Origin: a virus
Lineage: Duplodnaviria; Caudoviricetes
Virus record (IMG/VR): IMGVR_UViG_3300033076_000885
Span: 1 to 38,838 of that record
DNA length: 38,838 bases
Direction: 5' to 3' (one strand)
Positions 31,676 through 38,838 of the stretch are shown here, piece by piece (the stretch's first letter is position 1; each line of letters starts with the position of its first letter). Below the pieces are notes generated by a model. That model did not search any database and was not told the DNA's origin. It saw only the letters and a list, made by a program, of their open reading frames with translations. A program made the translations under genes and the position numbers.

Positions 31676-31733
31676 GATCATCATCAGGCAGCGCGTCACG
31701 CTGCGACGCCATCCTCCACATGGCGTTTCGATC
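31676..31733 (-). ncRNA. Type II hammerhead ribozyme (extra U after A9)
   Basis: Minus strand reads GAUC-GAAA-CGCCAU(GUGGAGG)AUGGCG-UC^-GCAGCG(UGACG)CGCUGC-CUGAUGA-U-GAUC. Confidence 0.88.
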
Positions 31734-31751
31734 TGTTGATATTGCCTCGGA

Positions 31752-31945
31752 TTCCTACACGGTCTGCTGCGGCTGCGGCGGTGGCGATGCTCGATCTGTT
31801 GCAGGATCGGCTTGTTGTTCTCGGCGGCAATGCGACGATGAGAACACGCTGCGATGCGGATGACGGTGAGCCCGGCGACAATGCGGCGATGGGCTCGGCA
31901 TCCTGCATCGCCACGCGCGGCGCGGCGGTCAGTAGACCGTAGGAA
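31752..31945. repeat. Long imperfect nested inverted repeat
   Basis: Pairs: ttcctacacggtctgctg / cagtagaccgtaggaa, gtggcgatgc / gcatcgccac, gcaggat / atcctgc, gttctc / gagaac, gagccc / gggctc. Confidence 0.7.
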
Positions 31946-32303
31946 CAGATTCACGATGAGAAAGAGCAGCAACAGGAACCCGAATATAGCGAGAGCCGGG
32001 GAACAGCACCAGAACGAACTTTTAGTTGAGTGTTGCCGCAAATGCTCCACAAATGGTTGTTAGGACTATAGTCCACCCTGGCATGTTATTTATTCCTATG
32101 CGATTGTCAGTGCACGGATGATCATTTGATCCGTGGGCTGATCATAGATGATCAGTGGGCTGATGAAAGAAAGCGAGAATATCGGGCCCCGTGCGCCCAG
32201 CGGCCCAGAGCGACATTTCAGCCCTGTCTCCACATGCCGTAGAATAGAAAGCAGATAGAGCGGCACACATATACATGGCGCCAAACGAATAAAGGATGAT
32301 CAG

Positions 32304-32843
32304 ATGACAGATGAAACAGACGGCAAGGACAACAAGCGGAAGATGCTCGAGCTAATCGCCGGGATCGACGTTGAAGAGAAAACAGCACCTAAGGCGAAGC
32401 GAAGCGCACCGGGCCCTGATGGACTCACCGATAAGCAACGCAGGTTCTGCGAAGAGATCATGAACGGATGCAGTCTTTCTGATGCATATCGTGCTGCATA
32501 TGACACTGCGAACATGTCGGACAAAACAATAAGAGAGAAGGCATCTATCGAACGCGCAAAGGACAACATCACGGCGGCGCTTTATGCGATGACGCAGGAT
32601 AGAGAGAAGAAGAACCGCATGAAGGCGGCTTCTCGAGAAGAAAAGATTTGGGCAGCGCTGATGCCGTTGGCGCTCGGCGAAGATCAAGACGCATCACCGG
32701 CCGTGCGTGTTAGCGCATTGGCACTCGCATCGAAACTCGCGGGGATGCAGCGCGACACCGTCGAGATAAAGAATGAGAGAAGCACGAGCGAGATCGAGGA
32801 TGAATTGACGGCGCTTCTCGGCGCACTCAAATCAAGAGCATGA
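32304..32843 (+). CDS. terS: Terminase small subunit
   Basis: LTDKQRRFCEEI..G.SLSDAYRAAY helix-turn-helix N-terminus and R.SAL.L..K..G motif. Confidence 0.8.
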   Translation: MTDETDGKDNKRKMLELIAGIDVEEKTAPKAKRSAPGPDGLTDKQRRFCEEIMNGCSLSDAYRAAYDTANMSDKTIREKASIERAKDNITAALYAMTQDREKKNRMKAASREEKIWAALMPLALGEDQDASPAVRVSALALASKLAGMQRDTVEIKNERSTSEIEDELTALLGALKSRA

Positions 32844-33000
32844 TTTGTTTTGTGTTCTCTCATTCTATCAATATGCGAGAACAACTGTCCGCCCACGGAT
32901 GAAGTAAAGCGAGAACGATCTGGTGCAATGGCACTTTGCTGTTGCGTGGATTGCTTCTCGCTTTATTTTTTGGAAATAGTTCTATTTTCTGGAATATCTG

Positions 33001-33185
33001 TCACACCCACCCACCCCGGACCCCCCCTTTTGCTGAGCGGGACTCCGATTTTGTATACATATTGATTTACTCATCCCATCCCAAAATATTTCCAATTTAC
33101 TTCTCTCTTTCTTTCCCACCCCACCCCCACCCCCCTACCCTAACCCCCCCTTCTTAGAAAGGGGTCATAGGAGTCCCACCCCCCG
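33001..33185. repeat. C-run-rich non-coding tract (G-runs on minus strand)
   Basis: cacccacccaccccggacccccccc-like run near 33004 and cccaccccacccccaccccccta..ccctaaccccccc near 33114. Confidence 0.75.
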
Positions 33186-33252
33186 TTGGATATATATTTT
33201 CAAAACGACGATAATTAACCGACTAACCAACATGTTCCATGTGAGACAGTTC

Positions 33253-33281
33253 TTGACTGTTTTTGCGCCAGTGGTATGACT
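33253..33281 (+). promoter_or_regulatory. Sigma70-type promoter
   Basis: TTGACT-16 nt-TATGAC with a TG extension, upstream of an AAAGGGAG RBS. Confidence 0.5.
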
Positions 33282-33317
33282 ATGCTTGACACGGGGCCTT
33301 AAAAAGAAAGGGAGAAC

Positions 33318-33551
33318 ATGTTCCTTGTAGTTAAGACAACGGATCACTTCCCATCTGACCTGATTGATGCGATTGACGCAGACCGCTTCCATTTGTCATT
33401 GGATAGTGCTAAGAGAATGGCCACAGGACTTCGTAGCCTTACAAAGGGGCACTACGAGGTCATTGAGTTGTCCTCTGTTTGGGACACCAACCAGTGGTTT
33501 AATGCGTCGAAAAATCCTGAAAAAATCGACACGAGGGAAAAACATGATTAA
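33318..33551 (+). CDS. Hypothetical protein
   Basis: AAAGAAAGGGAGAAC-ATG leader. Confidence 0.7.
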   Translation: MFLVVKTTDHFPSDLIDAIDADRFHLSLDSAKRMATGLRSLTKGHYEVIELSSVWDTNQWFNASKNPEKIDTREKHD

Positions 33552-33756
33552 GATCATCTTCACGAAGGCTGACGGCAAGAAGTACGGCATTGACCCGTAC
33601 CGTATTATTGAACTCACTGAGGCTGAGAATCTGGGCCAGACTTGGGCCTTGGTCAGCACCGGGACAGGCGACTCCGTTAGCCAGAAGACCGTCCTCCTGA
33701 ATCACGAGATCAAGGACATCGTGGACACGATCCACAAGGTTGCGATAGATTTTTAA
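33544..33756 (+). CDS. Hypothetical protein
   Basis: GAGGG RBS; overlaps the upstream stop. Confidence 0.65.
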   Translation: MIKIIFTKADGKKYGIDPYRIIELTEAENLGQTWALVSTGTGDSVSQKTVLLNHEIKDIVDTIHKVAIDF

Positions 33757-33802
33757 ATCCGGCCCCGTAGATAATTCTGGACTGCCCGGCACTCCCTGTG
33801 CT

Positions 33803-33839
33803 ATAAACCCCGTCAGGTCAATCTTGACGGGGTTTTATT
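33803..33839 (+). terminator. Hairpin, terminator-like
   Basis: taaaccccgtca-ggtcaatct-tgacggggtttta. Confidence 0.55.
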
Positions 33840-34052
33840 ATGACTTGGACGATGATGACTGTGATCGTGAATCTCTACGGTGGGCAACCCGTAGTTTTGC
33901 CGGGCTACCAGTACACCTCCGAGGAAGCCTGTAAGGCGGCGCTTTACGCCCCGATAGCTCTCCGTGAGCCTGTCGCGACAACGGCGGGGATTGTCTCTGC
34001 CATCTGTGTGCCTGTCGATCCCAGTGCTATGGGTCTGGGGACTGGAGAATGA
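33840..34052 (+). CDS. Hypothetical protein (Cys pair)
   Basis: Y.SEEAC.AA..A.CVP pattern seen in small phage proteins. Confidence 0.6.
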   Translation: MTWTMMTVIVNLYGGQPVVLPGYQYTSEEACKAALYAPIALREPVATTAGIVSAICVPVDPSAMGLGTGE

Positions 34053-34153
34053 GCGACCAAACCTTTCTTTACATCTTTGTTGTTGTAATCACCCTGACCG
34101 GCATTGTCTGGTCGATAGCTGTCCTGACGGGCAAGATTGGAATCCCGCAATGA
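34049..34153 (+). CDS. 34-aa single-pass membrane protein (not in ORF track)
   Basis: MSDQTFLYIFVVVITLTGIVWSIAVLTGKIGIPQ; ATGA-coupled at both ends. Confidence 0.55.
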   Translation: MSDQTFLYIFVVVITLTGIVWSIAVLTGKIGIPQ

Positions 34154-34290
34154 GCGACCAAAAATTTGCTATCGTCTCCCTCATCCGTTTGACAATGGTC
34201 ATTGTCGGGTCACTTCTCATCGCCCAGAATATCGGTTGGCAGGTCGGGGTTGCCGTCCTGCTGATCGTCTGGGCCTTGATGGTGGTGTGA
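34150..34290 (+). CDS. 46-aa two-helix membrane protein
   Basis: MSDQKFAIVSLIRLTMVIVGSLLIAQNIGWQVGVAVLLIVWALMVV. Confidence 0.55.
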   Translation: MSDQKFAIVSLIRLTMVIVGSLLIAQNIGWQVGVAVLLIVWALMVV

Positions 34291-34291
34291 T

Positions 34292-34504
34292 ATGGCTGCT
34301 GACATTGAGCTACTCCCCGGCAAAATGTGGAACGCCAAAGCCGCACTGCACCACGCCCTAAATGAGGTGAAGCTGGATACCCCGATTATCATCCTGTGGC
34401 TGGATGAAGGCGGCATAGTCCATAACATATCGTCTGGGACTGAGCGGCGAGATGCGCTATGGATGGTCGAAACCGAACGGCAGAGGGTTCTGAACGATGA
34501 TTAA
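34292..34504 (+). CDS. Hypothetical protein
   Basis: Operon packing. Confidence 0.6.
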   Translation: MAADIELLPGKMWNAKAALHHALNEVKLDTPIIILWLDEGGIVHNISSGTERRDALWMVETERQRVLNDD

Positions 34505-34730
34505 GCCAGAGCAAATCCCAAATCATGTGGTGGCTGATGCCTGTGACCGATTTGTCATCAGTCTCGGAGAAAGCCACGGATACCGTTATTTTTATGCTCT
34601 ACGATCTGCCATCGCCGCAGCCATCAATGCGTGGCCTGAAGCCAAGGCTGCATGGTTCTTGCCGCAGGGGAAGGTTTATATGCTCCCGGCCCCGTGGGAG
34701 AATCCCAAGAGGGAGAAGAACGATGACTGA
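34497..34730 (+). CDS. Hypothetical protein
   Basis: MIKPEQIP..AIAAAINAWP pattern; overlap coupling. Confidence 0.65.
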   Translation: MIKPEQIPNHVVADACDRFVISLGESHGYRYFYALRSAIAAAINAWPEAKAAWFLPQGKVYMLPAPWENPKREKNDD

Positions 34731-35004
34731 CATTGTTGAGCGGCTTCTTCACATGGTTCCGGTGGACATACTGGGTGGTAAGCCAATGTTGCTTAACCCA
34801 GATGGCCCTGCTGCCGTGCATGAAATTGACCAACTGCGGAATGAGATCATCAACTTTCGCACCGAGATTGAGCGGTTGCGGAAGGCTTTGCAAAAAATTA
34901 TAGACCTAACTGATGCGTGGGAACCAGAGGACAACGAGGATTATTCCATCATCGGTTATGAAGTTTGCGCAAATGTGGCCCATGCTGCACTGGAGGGAAA
35001 ATGA
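34723..35004 (+). CDS. Hypothetical coiled-coil phage protein
   Basis: MTDIVERL..EIERLRKAL..A.AALEG pattern; GGAG RBS. Confidence 0.65.
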   Translation: MTDIVERLLHMVPVDILGGKPMLLNPDGPAAVHEIDQLRNEIINFRTEIERLRKALQKIIDLTDAWEPEDNEDYSIIGYEVCANVAHAALEGK

Positions 35005-35354
35005 GCTATCAGGAAGCAATGGAGGCTGACGGGGCCGAGGTTCTGGCCTACCAGACCTTTGGAGACTACCAAGGCACTTGGATCGCCAAAGTTAAGTATG
35101 GCGGAGTCGTTGGCTGGGTCTCTGGCAGCTATGGCTCTTGCTCAGCCTGTGACGCCTTTGAGTCGGAGTTTTACTTTGCCTACGAGGATGACCCTGATTA
35201 CAAGGAGCGTCTGGCCAAGTTTGGCCGCAGCTATCTTCAGCATATGATGACCGCCGAGGAGGCGATCAAGGATGTTGAGAAGGACATCATCGACGAATGG
35301 GATGAGGCGGATGCGGCAAGGCGTATTGCCTTCATCAAGGAGAACTCAAAATGA
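35001..35354 (+). CDS. Phage hypothetical protein
   Basis: GDYQGTW..YGSCS.CDAF motif; GGAGG RBS. Confidence 0.7.
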   Translation: MSYQEAMEADGAEVLAYQTFGDYQGTWIAKVKYGGVVGWVSGSYGSCSACDAFESEFYFAYEDDPDYKERLAKFGRSYLQHMMTAEEAIKDVEKDIIDEWDEADAARRIAFIKENSK

Positions 35355-35566
35355 TCGACAAGCAATCAATGCCGGATGTCGAGGAGGCTGTACGTTTCCT
35401 CAACGCCGAGGGCTGCTTCAACCTTTCCGACGCGATTATTGAGCTTATCGAGAACTATGTAAACTCATACAAGGAAAACCTCAACCTTCGGCACAAGGTT
35501 GAACACCTTCAGGCCCGTCTCTATCTCAATGGGATCAATCACGATGTGGAAAACCTTGATGCCTAA
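35351..35566 (+). CDS. Hypothetical protein
   Basis: AAGGAG RBS; ATGA coupling. Confidence 0.65.
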   Translation: MIDKQSMPDVEEAVRFLNAEGCFNLSDAIIELIENYVNSYKENLNLRHKVEHLQARLYLNGINHDVENLDA

Positions 35567-35717
35567 CAATGTCTCTGAGGCTGATTTCGTTAAGTGGAAT
35601 CAGCAGAGGGAGTCTGATAGGGGCCGGATTGAGGCGCTGGAGTTGGAAGTCAGCGCCCTGAAGGATGAACTGACGTATTGGCGCAATGAAGCGACAAGGG
35701 TTCAGCCTCGGAAATGA
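35559..35717 (+). CDS. Small coiled-coil protein
   Basis: MPNNVSEADF..RIEALELEVSALKDEL; overlap coupling. Confidence 0.55.
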   Translation: MPNNVSEADFVKWNQQRESDRGRIEALELEVSALKDELTYWRNEATRVQPRK

Positions 35718-36172
35718 TGGGCTCTTCCTTCACCTCGGCGCGGGAAAATGGCTGGAAATGGTACTACACCGGGAAGCCATGCAAACACGGTCATGTCGCC
35801 CCGAGACTTGCGTCAAATGGTCGCTGCAAAACTTGTCACTTGACAGCCAAGAACAAATTGCGCCAAACTCCGAAGCATAGGGCTTGGAGACGAGAATATG
35901 ACCGTCGTTACTATGGCGAAAATCTGCACCGCCGCGACTGGATTATTAGGGCAACCCCGTTTTGGAGTGACAAAAAGGCGGTACGAGAGTTCTGCAAAGC
36001 ATGTCCGCCCGGATATCACGTTGATCACATATTCCCACTGAACGGGGCCACAGTTTGTGGCCTTCATGTTATTGAAAACCTTCAATACCTACCCGCAAAA
36101 GAGAACATATCCAAAAGCAATTCCGTTCCGGAAATTGAGGAACTCTATCCGGTCTGCCCAATCAAGATTTGA
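35714..36172 (+). CDS. HNH endonuclease
   Basis: YYTGKPCKHGH..C..C N-terminus and YHVDHIFPL.G..VCGLHV..NLQYL...EN..KSN. Confidence 0.88.
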   Translation: MMGSSFTSARENGWKWYYTGKPCKHGHVAPRLASNGRCKTCHLTAKNKLRQTPKHRAWRREYDRRYYGENLHRRDWIIRATPFWSDKKAVREFCKACPPGYHVDHIFPLNGATVCGLHVIENLQYLPAKENISKSNSVPEIEELYPVCPIKI

Positions 36173-36198
36173 CACAAGGGTGTGAAACGGGGGATAAT
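36169..36198 (+). promoter_or_regulatory. Sigma70-type promoter
   Basis: TTGACA-18 nt-GATAAT. Confidence 0.5.
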
Positions 36199-36248
36199 AT
36201 ACCCTGATGCAGTTGCATCAATTGGACAAACAACTAAAGAGTGTGACA

Positions 36249-36794
36249 ATGAAGAAACTCATGTCAATCTGCGCCATCACGGCGCTTTTGTGTTCTACGA
36301 GCCAATCTCCGGCAGTTTACTACCCAACTTCAGTAGCTCAGATGGTTCGTTCCTCCGCCCAACGCCACGGCGTACCGGCGGACTTTGCACTTGCGATTGC
36401 TCGGCAGGAAAGCAACCTTAGCTGCAACCGTGTTGGTTCTCATGGGGAGCGTGGTCCTCTCCAAATCCTTCCTTCAACAGCCCGTGGTTTGGGCTTCAAG
36501 AATATCCGCTCCGCCTCATGCCAGACTCAGATCGACGCCGGTATGAAGCATTTGGCCCTCTGCTATCATGGTATGAAGGGTGATCGTTGGTTGGCTGCTG
36601 GTTGCCACAATCAGGGCCTCAGTACCCTCTCTACTCGGCGCCTCTCTTCAGCGGCCCGTAGATATGCTAATAGTGTCACAGGGGTGATTCGTTACCCTCT
36701 CAAGGCCGTAGTAAATCTTAAGAGGAAAAATGTTGTGATTGTTCCGGTTTCCGATCAGGTCTCTCGCTACAAGAACAACTTCACAGCCTCGTAA
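36249..36794 (+). CDS. Lytic transglycosylase (SLT domain) with signal peptide
   Basis: MKK plus hydrophobic leader. AIARQES, GE.GPLQI.PSTAR..G and N/Q-IDAGM..L-type motifs. Confidence 0.85.
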   Translation: MKKLMSICAITALLCSTSQSPAVYYPTSVAQMVRSSAQRHGVPADFALAIARQESNLSCNRVGSHGERGPLQILPSTARGLGFKNIRSASCQTQIDAGMKHLALCYHGMKGDRWLAAGCHNQGLSTLSTRRLSSAARRYANSVTGVIRYPLKAVVNLKRKNVVIVPVSDQVSRYKNNFTAS

Positions 36795-36803
36795 AGGAAG
36801 AAA

Positions 36804-37031
36804 ATGTCCACCGACGACAATGAACTGTGCCGTGAAACGCTGGAAGATGCAAAAAATCTTGACTTGGTGACCGTTGTGGTGTTGGGTGTCACCAGCGAGG
36901 GAGAGAGTCACTTCATGTATAACTGTGAAGACCTCACTGCCCTCCAGATTTTGGACCTTTTCCGTGCGAACTTCTTCGCACAGATCATGCAGGAGGCACT
37001 AAGTGGACACTCAAAAGGAAAATACCACTAA
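36804..37031 (+). CDS. Hypothetical protein
   Basis: AAGGA RBS. Confidence 0.65.
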   Translation: MSTDDNELCRETLEDAKNLDLVTVVVLGVTSEGESHFMYNCEDLTALQILDLFRANFFAQIMQEALSGHSKGKYH

Positions 37032-37494
37032 CAACAAAAAGTGGACCCCGGAAGAAGACGCCATTCTCCGTCAATTCTGGGGTTCGATCTCCACAAAGGA
37101 GATCGGTGCCAAGATGGGTCGCGTGAAAAACTCTATTATTTCACGCGCCCATCGCATTGGCCTCCCCAACTACTCCCCAATTATCCGTCGTGAGTCGCAG
37201 GTCAAGAACCAGCAGAAGGCTGTTCGTGCCCTGAAGAACCGAAATTCCGCGTTTTTTAAGGTGAAGCTTGGTCCTGTTAAGCAGCCGACCATGCGTTTGC
37301 TTGATATCAAGCCGATCAATGGCACCGGCATCCTGTTCTTTGACCTTAAAGTCAATAGCTGCCGCTGGACGATGCCGGATGAAAAGCACTTCTGCGGCCA
37401 TCCAGTGCAAAAGGGCCAGAGTTTCTGCCCCGATCACTATTCTGTCGCCTACAAACCCGTCCCCAAGAGGAATCTGCGCTATGGATATCGTTGA
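37003..37494 (+). CDS. gcrA: GcrA-like cell-cycle transcription regulator
   Basis: WT.E....L...W....S..EI...MG..KN.II..AHR.GL N-terminus and L..L....CRW...FCG.P...G..FC..H...AY zinc-binding C-terminus. Confidence 0.88.
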   Translation: MDTQKENTTNNKKWTPEEDAILRQFWGSISTKEIGAKMGRVKNSIISRAHRIGLPNYSPIIRRESQVKNQQKAVRALKNRNSAFFKVKLGPVKQPTMRLLDIKPINGTGILFFDLKVNSCRWTMPDEKHFCGHPVQKGQSFCPDHYSVAYKPVPKRNLRYGYR

Positions 37495-37738
37495 TTGGCT
37501 CAAAGGTCAGGCAGCGGCCCATGCCGCAGCCGGTGAATCCGAGACTGCGACCATGTTTGACATCGCGGTGGCGGAAATTGAGTCCCGAAGAGAAGCCTGT
37601 TCCATCGACCAGCTTCTTCTGAACAAGAAAACAAGTATTATGCACGAGCTTTACAAGTTTTTGACGCCCGTGCAGATCGAAACTGCGTACCAAATCGCGT
37701 ACAACAACAACTTCAAACCACAGAAAGGTGGGATATGA
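37481..37738 (+). CDS. Hypothetical protein
   Basis: GAGG RBS; MDIVDWL..A..EIE pattern. Confidence 0.6.
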   Translation: MDIVDWLKGQAAAHAAAGESETATMFDIAVAEIESRREACSIDQLLLNKKTSIMHELYKFLTPVQIETAYQIAYNNNFKPQKGGI

Positions 37739-37929
37739 TGATCTACCTGTTTATTTACGTCTATCTCTGCGGCGCGTTTCTGTTTGCGTCGGCAGAACAT
37801 GAGCCAGAGGCCACACTTTCGAAGAAAACCCTGCATATTGCTGCATGGCCCTTCATGGTGACCATCTGGGTAACTCAGGTTTCACTGGAAGCCATCACGG
37901 CTTTTCTGTCTGAAAATTTCCGCAGGTAA
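37735..37929 (+). CDS. Small membrane protein
   Basis: Two hydrophobic segments, a WP motif and ATGA coupling. Confidence 0.6.
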   Translation: MMIYLFIYVYLCGAFLFASAEHEPEATLSKKTLHIAAWPFMVTIWVTQVSLEAITAFLSENFRR

Positions 37930-38227
37930 AACAGGCGTCAGTCTTTTCGAGGGTGGCTGAAATCGCAGTATCTGCGGTGCAGTCACCCTCAAATTCATTC
38001 ATCAGGCTCTTCTGCCAGAAGATGCAGTTCTTGCAGGTTTTGCTTTTCGGTTCTGACTTTTCGACGTTCATCTTCGATGATCCTGTGTTTATGCTCACGA
38101 AGAGCTTTCGCAGGAATGTTTCTGGGACGAATCCTTCCAAGGCCATCCCTCTTGCGCTTCCGGGCCATTCGGCACCCTCCATCTTGCAGTCACCATCAAA
38201 ACCGGGGTGAAAAGATTGGGCATCCAT
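37895..38227 (-). CDS. Hypothetical Cys-rich protein (start uncertain)
   Basis: TCKNCIFW..G.C..TC..F motif; lone minus-strand ORF in this block. Confidence 0.5.
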   Translation of the reverse strand: MDAQSFHPGFDGDCKMEGAEWPGSARGMALEGFVPETFLRKLFVSINTGSSKMNVEKSEPKSKTCKNCIFWQKSLMNEFEGDCTADTAISATLEKTDACFTCGNFQTEKP

Positions 38228-38238
38228 GCGTTTTTTCC

Positions 38239-38267
38239 TTGACGGTTAATGTTCCGCAGATAATACT
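38239..38267 (+). promoter_or_regulatory. Sigma70-type promoter
   Basis: TTGACG-17 nt-AATACT upstream of an AAGGAG RBS. Confidence 0.5.
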
Positions 38268-38299
38268 GCATTCATTGGTTCGTTTCAAGGAGTTGCTAA

Positions 38300-38575
38300 A
38301 TGCCTAAGCTCACCACAATTACCGACCCTAAGCATTTCGAGGATTGGATTGCAAAAGCCAATTCCGGGGATCGGTGCATTTATTATACAGGATACCTGTA
38401 TGTTGACAGATGCTGGGCTTCCAGCACACTGAAGGGTGAGATGGTTCTTGCCGCCCGTGGTCGTGTTGCGGCTGCGAACAGGGCTTGGAAGTCCTACAAT
38501 GAGGGTTATGTCGCCTTGACCCAGAAGAAGCTTGGTGATATGGAATATCAATACATCGCAACGAGGATCGCATGA
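38300..38575 (+). CDS. Phage hypothetical protein
   Basis: W...A..GD...YYTG.L..DR..G.V.L.QKK..Y.YIA pattern; AAGGAG RBS. Confidence 0.7.
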   Translation: MPKLTTITDPKHFEDWIAKANSGDRCIYYTGYLYVDRCWASSTLKGEMVLAARGRVAAANRAWKSYNEGYVALTQKKLGDMEYQYIATRIA

Positions 38576-38757
38576 AATTCGGTGTTTTTGAGAGCCGTAT
38601 GGTGTTCGGCCCGACCATTGTGGAATTGATGGGCGGCGTGGAAGCCATGAAAAAGGATGGGTGGGAGCCCTTTGGCACCCCGTATCCCTGCACTTTGCCG
38701 GGCGCCCGTGGATATGGCATGATGCACTTGGTGGTGCGAGACCGCGCAAAGGAATAA
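38572..38757 (+). CDS. Hypothetical protein
   Basis: GAGG RBS, ATGA coupling, GWEP.G.P motif. Confidence 0.6.
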   Translation: MKFGVFESRMVFGPTIVELMGGVEAMKKDGWEPFGTPYPCTLPGARGYGMMHLVVRDRAKE

Positions 38758-38762
38758 AGTTT

Positions 38763-38838
38763 CGGGGCGTAGCGCAGTCTGGTAGCGCATCTGCTTTGGG
38801 AGCAGAGGGTCAGGAGTTCGAATCTCTTCGCCCCGACC
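38763..38838 (+). tRNA. tRNA-Pro (anticodon TGG)
   Basis: Acceptor stem CGGGGCG/CGCCCCG, D arm GCGC-AGTCTGGTA-GCGC, anticodon arm TCTGC-TTTGGGA-GCAGA, GTTCGAATC T loop. Ends ACC at the window edge. Confidence 0.95.

Noticed and set aside
32159-32175. Plus-strand CTGATGAAAGAAAG hammerhead-like core
   Set aside because: No stem II between the core elements and no convincing stems I and III.
31577-32284. ORFs 31577-31942, 31652-32050, 31696-31914 and 32096-32284
   Set aside because: No clear RBS, low-complexity translations, and overlap with the ribozyme and inverted repeats; treated as non-coding, though not excluded.
32850-33392. ORFs across the C-rich tract
   Set aside because: Pro/His-rich translations of homopolymer runs with no coding signal.

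Overview
A roughly 39 kb segment of a tailed dsDNA phage or prophage, probably short-tailed. A GcrA homologue points to an alphaproteobacterial host. Layout: (1) 1-18384 (+) tail and ejection module: tail fibre, ferritin-like protein, tail nozzle/stabilisation protein, putative internal virion proteins and a 2549-aa polyvalent protein. (2) 18353-23762 (-) tyrosine integrase, HNH, HD hydrolase, SSB-like, ERF and exonuclease operon. (3) 23867-27471 (+) RusA-like resolvase, primase-helicase and small genes. (4) 27611-31649 (-) probable early operon with ArdC, closed by tandem terminators. (5) 32304-32843 (+) isolated terminase small subunit followed by C-rich non-coding DNA. (6) 33318-38838 (+) many small genes, HNH, lytic transglycosylase, GcrA and tRNA-Pro(TGG). 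No large terminase, portal or capsid gene is recognisable in the window. The most striking signal is a pair of type II hammerhead ribozymes on the minus strand of the early operon. Each is predicted to cut exactly 55 nt upstream of a start codon (one is ardC) and to leave the same 5' hairpin plus a purine-rich leader. All family assignments come from motif recognition by eye, not from database searches.
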